Shown here one piece after another: positions 47,411 to 52,003 of a stretch of 52,003 bases of DNA. The stretch comes from Clostridia bacterium (GTDB lineage Bacteria; Bacillota; Clostridia; Christensenellales; Aristaeellaceae), in NCBI GenBank assembly GCA_017431365.1, contig JAFRLF010000001.1, positions 1 to 52,003 on the forward strand, read 5' to 3'. The position numbers and the translations under genes are program-made. The stretch's first letter is position 1. Every line of letters begins with the position of its first letter. Below the pieces are notes generated by a model. It was not told where the DNA came from. It made no database searches and saw only the letters and a program-made list of their open reading frames with translations.

Positions 47411-49195
47411 ATGGTGTTTTCCGCCGGAAAAAAGACGATCTTCCTGTGCGCAGTCCTGCTGGCCGCGGCGCTGCTTTGCCTGCCCGCCCTGGCGGAAGAG
47501 CCCGACGACAGCCCGACCCCCGCCTATTGGCGCGACGTCACCGTGCGCGTGGGACGCCTGAGCTCAAACGTCGAAATCAACATCCGCTCCGGTCCCGGCA
47601 CGGATTACGGCAAGGTCGGCAAGCTCTCAGCGGGAGACGAATTCATCGTCACGAGCCTGTACAATCAGGACTGGTACGCCATCGACTTCGACGGCCTGAA
47701 GGGCTACGCCGCGGCGAAGTACATCGTCGTCACCGAACAGGCCGATCAGGTGGCGGCTCTGGACGTTCCGAACATCGAAATCGCCTCGTCAAGCCTGACT
47801 GTGCCGTACAACTGCCAGGAGGGCGAGACGGCGGGCATGACCGGCACGATCCAGACGACGGGGCCCATCGTGGAGGCGAAAGCCGCCGTGTACGACCTGC
47901 GCGCGCTGAAGGTCGTCAAGGAATCCGTGGTCAGCTTTGACTACAGCGCGGGCGTCACCGCGCTTGACCTGTCCTCCTTCAACCGGGAAATGGATCTGGG
48001 ATCTGTCAGCGCGGGAGAAAAGCGCCTGGACATCACCGTGACGGGCGGCAACGGGCACAGCGCCACCGTCAGTCAGAACTATTACGTCACCGGATGGTAT
48101 TCCGACGCGGCCCACATGACCGCGGACTGCGCGATCACCGTTCCCGGCGGCAAGGCGGAAGACCTTTACGACCGGGCCTTCGGCACATACTGGGCGCCCG
48201 ACCCGGACGACGTCATGACCGTCACATTGCCGGAGGGCCGCGTCGGGGCTCTTTTCATGCTGGAATGGGTCAGGCAGCCCGCTTCTTTCGACATCCATAC
48301 CTTTGACGGCGAGGGGAACGAACTGCAGGCCATCCACGAGACCAACCCCTCCTCGATGATCAACTTTACCTACCCCCTGGACGAGAGGACGCGCAGCGTC
48401 ACCCTGCAGACGGATTCAGGCAGCAAACGCCTGGCGGAGATGCGCGTCATCGAGAAGGGCAGGGTTTCCGACTGCCTGATGACCTGGCAGCCCCTGCCGG
48501 AGAAGATCGACATCCTGGTAGTATCCACGCACCAGGACGACGAGCTCCTCTGGTTCGGCGGCACGATACCGTACTACGCGGCCCAGGGAAAGACCGTCGC
48601 GGTGCTGTACATGGCCACGTGCAGCCGCAGCCGCCTGAACGAGGCGATGGAGGGCCTGTGGACCTGCGGCGTCAGGTATCATCCCATATTCCTGGGGTAC
48701 AAGGACAACTACGCCAAGAGCCTGCAGGACGCCGAGGAAGTCTGGGGCGACGGCGCGCTTGAGGATCTGGTCGCCGTGATGCGCCGCTACAAGCCCGAGG
48801 TCGTCCTGGTGCAGGACATCAACGGCGAATACGGCCACAGGCAGCACCAACTGACGTCGCTGCTGGTGCGCCGGGCGGTGGAGCGCTGCTGGGACAGCAG
48901 CTACTATCCCGAAAGCCTGAACGCCTACGGCGCGTGGGACGTCAAAAAGACGTATATCCATCTGTACCTCGACAATCAGATTCACATGGACGTCTACGAC
49001 GAGCCGATGCAGGCCCTGAACGGCCTGACCCCGCTGCAGACGGCGACCATCGGCTACGCCAAGCACATCTCCCAGCACGGACACTACCAGATGGACAACC
49101 AAGGCGTCAAGTACGACAACAAGCTCTTCGGCCTGTACCGCACGCTCGTCGGCCCGGACGAGGCGAAAAACGACATGTTCGAGCACATCGGCTGA
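47411..49195 (+). CDS. Secreted SH3b-domain protein with C-terminal PIG-L/LmbE-family deacetylase domain
   Basis: Signal peptide (LPALA-EE), bacterial SH3 block (NIRSGPGTDYGKVGKLSAGDEFIV...WYAIDFDGLKGY), LmbE motif VVSTHQDDELLWFGG; GAGGTG RBS. Confidence 0.7.
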   Translation: MVFSAGKKTIFLCAVLLAAALLCLPALAEEPDDSPTPAYWRDVTVRVGRLSSNVEINIRSGPGTDYGKVGKLSAGDEFIVTSLYNQDWYAIDFDGLKGYAAAKYIVVTEQADQVAALDVPNIEIASSSLTVPYNCQEGETAGMTGTIQTTGPIVEAKAAVYDLRALKVVKESVVSFDYSAGVTALDLSSFNREMDLGSVSAGEKRLDITVTGGNGHSATVSQNYYVTGWYSDAAHMTADCAITVPGGKAEDLYDRAFGTYWAPDPDDVMTVTLPEGRVGALFMLEWVRQPASFDIHTFDGEGNELQAIHETNPSSMINFTYPLDERTRSVTLQTDSGSKRLAEMRVIEKGRVSDCLMTWQPLPEKIDILVVSTHQDDELLWFGGTIPYYAAQGKTVAVLYMATCSRSRLNEAMEGLWTCGVRYHPIFLGYKDNYAKSLQDAEEVWGDGALEDLVAVMRRYKPEVVLVQDINGEYGHRQHQLTSLLVRRAVERCWDSSYYPESLNAYGAWDVKKTYIHLYLDNQIHMDVYDEPMQALNGLTPLQTATIGYAKHISQHGHYQMDNQGVKYDNKLFGLYRTLVGPDEAKNDMFEHIG

Positions 49196-49238
49196 CTGCT
49201 CCGTGTTCTGACAACGCACAAACCCGCCAAAAACGTGA

Positions 49239-49278
49239 ACCGCCGCGCAATGATTCCGCGCGGCGGTCCATTTTTTTA
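49239..49278. terminator. Bidirectional Rho-independent terminator between convergent PIG-L and flotillin genes
   Basis: ACCGCCGCGC-AATGATTCC-GCGCGGCGGT stem followed by CCATTTTTTT; A-run on the other side. Confidence 0.75.
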
Positions 49279-49286
49279 TGAGCGGA

Positions 49287-50693
49287 TTATTCTTCGGTCT
49301 TCGGGGCCTCTTCCCGGGGCGCCGACAGCCGGCCTCCGGTGTATCCGGCGAGCAGCGCCGTCAGGTCGATGCCGGTGGATTCCTTCAGTCCCTCGATGAT
49401 CTGGCTGGAGGACTGCATGACGTCCTTGACCAGGCGAGAGGAATTCCCATCCCCGTACATGACGATCTTGTCGGTCTGAGCCAGCGGGGCCGCGGCGTTC
49501 TTGACGACCTCGAGCAGCGCCGCCAGGTACATCTCCAGGATGGACGCCTCACCCATCTTGCGCTGGGCTTCGGCCTTTTTCTCGATCGCTTCGGCCTCGG
49601 CCAGACCGCGGGCGCGGATGCCTTCGGCCTCCTGCTCCATGGCGAAGCGGGCGGCCTCGGCTTCGGCCTTGCGGGCTTCCGCTTCCTGAATGGCCTCGTA
49701 CTTCTTGGCGTCGGCGTCGCGCTGACGGCGGATCAGGTCGGCTTCGGCCTCGCGCTCGGCCTGGTACTTCTTGGCGTCGGCCGCCTTGCGGACCTCGGCG
49801 TCGAGCTTGCGCTCACGGATGGCGATTTCCTTTTCGGCCATCTCGGCTTCCTTTTCGCGCCGCGCGATGTCGGCGTTGGCGCGGGTGACCTCGATGGTCT
49901 TGCGCTGATTCTCCTGCTGGATCGAATACGCGGCATCGGCCTCGGCCTTCTTGGTGTCGGCGCGGACCTGCATCTCAGCCTGCTGGACGGAGAGCGCGGC
50001 GTTCTGCTCGGCAATCTTCTTCTCGGCCTCGACCTTGACGGCGTTGGCCTCTTCCTGCGCCTGAGAGGACGCGATGGCGATGTCGCGCTGGGCGTTGGCC
50101 TTGGCGATCTGGGCGTTCTTGCGGATCTGCTCCACGTTGTCGATACCCATGTTCTCGATGGTGCCGGCGTTGTCGCGGAAGTTCTGGATATTGAAGTTGA
50201 CGACCTCGATGCCCAGCTTCTGCATGTCGGGGATGACGTTCTCCGTCACTTTTTTGGCGACGCCCTGGCGATCCTGCACCATTTCCTTGAGGCCGACCGA
50301 GCCGACGATCTCGCGCATGTTGCCCTCGAGCACCTGCGTCACCATCGCGATGAGCTGAGGCTGCTTCATGCCCAGCAGGGACTCGGCCGCGCGCTCCAGC
50401 AGCTTCGGGTCCGAAGAGACCTTGACGTTCGCCACGCCGTCGACCATCACGTTGATGAACTCATTGGTCGGGACGGCCTCGCTCGTCTTGACGTCGACGG
50501 TCATGACCTGCAGAGACAGCTTGTCGACTCTCTCGAGGAAGGGGATGCGCCATCCGGCCTTGCCGATCAGGATGCGGCGCTTCCCAAGGCCGGAGATGAT
50601 GAACGCGGTGTCCGGCGGGGCCTTCAGATATCCCATGGCGAACAGGATGCACAGCAGGATGACCGCCGCGCCGATGACGTAGTAAAGCAGCAT
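49287..50693 (-). CDS. Flotillin-like SPFH/band-7 protein (FloT/YuaG-like)
   Basis: N-terminal hairpin anchor, SPFH domain, long Ala/Glu/Lys-rich coiled-coil (EA repeats) and C-terminal flotillin tail. The start at 50693 (MLLYYVIGAAVILL...) has a perfect AAGGAGGAG RBS; the ORF track extension to 50909 is unlikely. Confidence 0.85.
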   Translation of the reverse strand: MLLYYVIGAAVILLCILFAMGYLKAPPDTAFIISGLGKRRILIGKAGWRIPFLERVDKLSLQVMTVDVKTSEAVPTNEFINVMVDGVANVKVSSDPKLLERAAESLLGMKQPQLIAMVTQVLEGNMREIVGSVGLKEMVQDRQGVAKKVTENVIPDMQKLGIEVVNFNIQNFRDNAGTIENMGIDNVEQIRKNAQIAKANAQRDIAIASSQAQEEANAVKVEAEKKIAEQNAALSVQQAEMQVRADTKKAEADAAYSIQQENQRKTIEVTRANADIARREKEAEMAEKEIAIRERKLDAEVRKAADAKKYQAEREAEADLIRRQRDADAKKYEAIQEAEARKAEAEAARFAMEQEAEGIRARGLAEAEAIEKKAEAQRKMGEASILEMYLAALLEVVKNAAAPLAQTDKIVMYGDGNSSRLVKDVMQSSSQIIEGLKESTGIDLTALLAGYTGGRLSAPREEAPKTEE

Positions 50694-50880
50694 ACCAAAC
50701 TCCTCCTTGTAAGTTAGTTCGGCAAGTCCGGTTCCGCCTGAGACGCCAGGCCTCAGTCCCGCGTCACCTCTTGCCGTTGTGACGCCCTTATTATATAATG
50801 TGTTTATCTCATTGTAAATCTCATCATCGGCATGATAGAGCGTTCTATTCATGCCTTTGCGGCATAATACGGAGGCATAT

Positions 50881-51381
50881 ATGGGCAGAAAATCGACGCG
50901 CGAGAACAAGACCGCCTATCAGCTGGCCCGTGAAAAACGCGGCCTCACCATAGAAAAGGCCGGCGAAGCCCTGGGAGGCCTGACGTCTGACAGGATTTCC
51001 AAAATCGAAAACGGCAGCGTCCACGTACAGCCGGAGGACGTCGTTCTCATGGCCGAATGCTACAAGGCCCCCGAACTGTGCAACTATTACTGCACACACG
51101 AGTGCGCCATCGGAGAAAAGACCGTCGAAGCCGTCGAGATCAAATCCTTTGCCCAGATCGCGATCGAAACGCTGAATTCGCTCAACAAGATGACGCGTCT
51201 GAGCAACCGCCTTCTGGAGATCGTGGAAGACGGCCAGGTCCGTCCGGACGAGAGCGACGACTTCCTCGTCATCAAATCGACGCTCGACAAGATCGCGGCG
51301 TCGGTCTCGGCTCTGCAGCTGTGGGTAGACCGGCAAATCGCCGAGGGAAAGCTCGACAGGGAGCTGTTCAGCAAATCATAA
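50881..51381 (+). CDS. XRE-family helix-turn-helix transcriptional regulator
   Basis: HTH_3-like N-terminus (TAYQLAREKRGLTIEKAGEALGGLTSDRISKIENG); GGAGG RBS 5 nt before the ATG at 50881. Confidence 0.7.
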   Translation: MGRKSTRENKTAYQLAREKRGLTIEKAGEALGGLTSDRISKIENGSVHVQPEDVVLMAECYKAPELCNYYCTHECAIGEKTVEAVEIKSFAQIAIETLNSLNKMTRLSNRLLEIVEDGQVRPDESDDFLVIKSTLDKIAASVSALQLWVDRQIAEGKLDRELFSKS

Positions 51382-51522
51382 GGGGTGCGGAATAATCAAT
51401 CGCCGCCGTACGGTCCGTACGCGTTGAAAAGGCTTGCTTTTTTCTTATTGTGCATTATAATTAAAGTCATCATACACATTGATTGCAATTTGTGTGAGTG
51501 AATACTTTAAAGGAGGGCGTTC

Positions 51523-51879
51523 ATGCTTTTGACCTATCGAGAATGTCTCAGCAAATACGGCAGCGATTATCAGCTTAAGAAAAAAATCAAAAACGGCACT
51601 CTCTTCATAAAAGAAAAAGGAGTATACTCCACCCAGCGCAACACAGCTGAAATTGCCGTAATTATGTTGAAATATCCAAAAACAGTATGCACCGGCAAAA
51701 GCGCCTTTTATTACCATGCCCTGACTGACGAAATTCCCGATTACTATTACCTTGCCAGTCGTCGGACGGATACCAGAATACAGGATCCCCGCGTCAGACA
51801 ATCATTTCAAAAAGACGATATATTCGAAGCCGGCATTACAGACATCCAATATAATAATTCCTCAGATAAGGTACAATAA
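51523..51879 (+). CDS. AbiEi-like (type IV TA antitoxin N-terminal domain) small protein
   Basis: GTLFIKEKGVYST...PKTVCTGKSAFYYHALTDEIPD matches the AbiEi_4 pattern (G.L.R..RGvY ... P.aV.s..SAl..hgLtd); low GC; AAAGGAGGG RBS. Confidence 0.5.
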   Translation: MLLTYRECLSKYGSDYQLKKKIKNGTLFIKEKGVYSTQRNTAEIAVIMLKYPKTVCTGKSAFYYHALTDEIPDYYYLASRRTDTRIQDPRVRQSFQKDDIFEAGITDIQYNNSSDKVQ

Positions 51880-51981
51880 GTTGCGCAAATTCATTCAGCA
51901 CCTGTGAAAACAGGAATGGACATAGCGAAGACCAATTGGTAAAATTGTTTTGCTACAAACAGAAACCAAGGAGGTCAAGCC

Positions 51982-52003
51982 ATGTCCACAGACATTATAC
52001 AGC
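51982..52003 (+). CDS. Start of an unidentified gene (partial; MSTDIIQ...) following the AbiEi-like gene
   Basis: ATG preceded by a perfect AAGGAGGT RBS; runs off the window end. Confidence 0.4.

Noticed and set aside
50693-50909. N-terminal 72-codon extension of the flotillin ORF, plus similar over-extended ORF-track starts: dusB to 41277, lipoprotein to 36817, asd to 16896, CBM9-like to 14214, MotA-like to 47195
   Set aside because: Extensions lack ribosome-binding sites and have non-protein-like composition; internal starts with strong RBS and canonical N-termini were preferred.

Overview
This looks like a chromosomal segment from a high-GC (about 58-62%) Firmicutes/Clostridia-like genome, possibly Oscillospiraceae/Ruminococcaceae. 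The guess rests on AGGAGG-type ribosome-binding sites, protein content, frequent TTG/GTG starts and ATGA gene overlaps. The backbone is housekeeping genes: an S1-domain protein tail, NUDIX hydrolase, DNA-alkylation repair protein, M29 aminopeptidase, LCP protein, HlyC/CorC transporter, RarA, Asd, Tgt, YchF and DusB. Interleaved is a glycan-utilisation cluster: two GH-like TIM-barrel proteins, an lplABC-type ABC transporter whose binding-protein gene carries an in-frame TAG, FucI, a GH88/GH105 hydrolase, a GH78 rhamnosidase and a CBM9-like protein. Several visibly lower-GC accessory genes are scattered through it. These are two DUF4143-type AAA ATPases flanking the NUDIX gene, an AlbA_2/HATPase_c_4 protein plus a decayed paralog remnant, an ATPase_2/DUF234 AAA ATPase, and an AbiEi-like gene at the 3' end. 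No rRNA or tRNA genes, CRISPR arrays, transposases or integrases were seen. The most unusual content is a MotA/MotB-like (Zorya-like) stator pair with long coiled-coil extensions and no effector genes. Other unusual items are a ParB/Srx-like domain fused to a HAD-like domain followed by a paralog of that HAD-like domain, 3 x 33-bp tandem repeats in front of one DUF4143 ATPase gene, a lipoprotein with twin C-terminal zinc ribbons, and an ~85-bp intergenic element present in two (possibly three) copies upstream of minus-strand operons. All calls are from manual reading of the six-frame translations and the nucleotide sequence; no database searches were possible.
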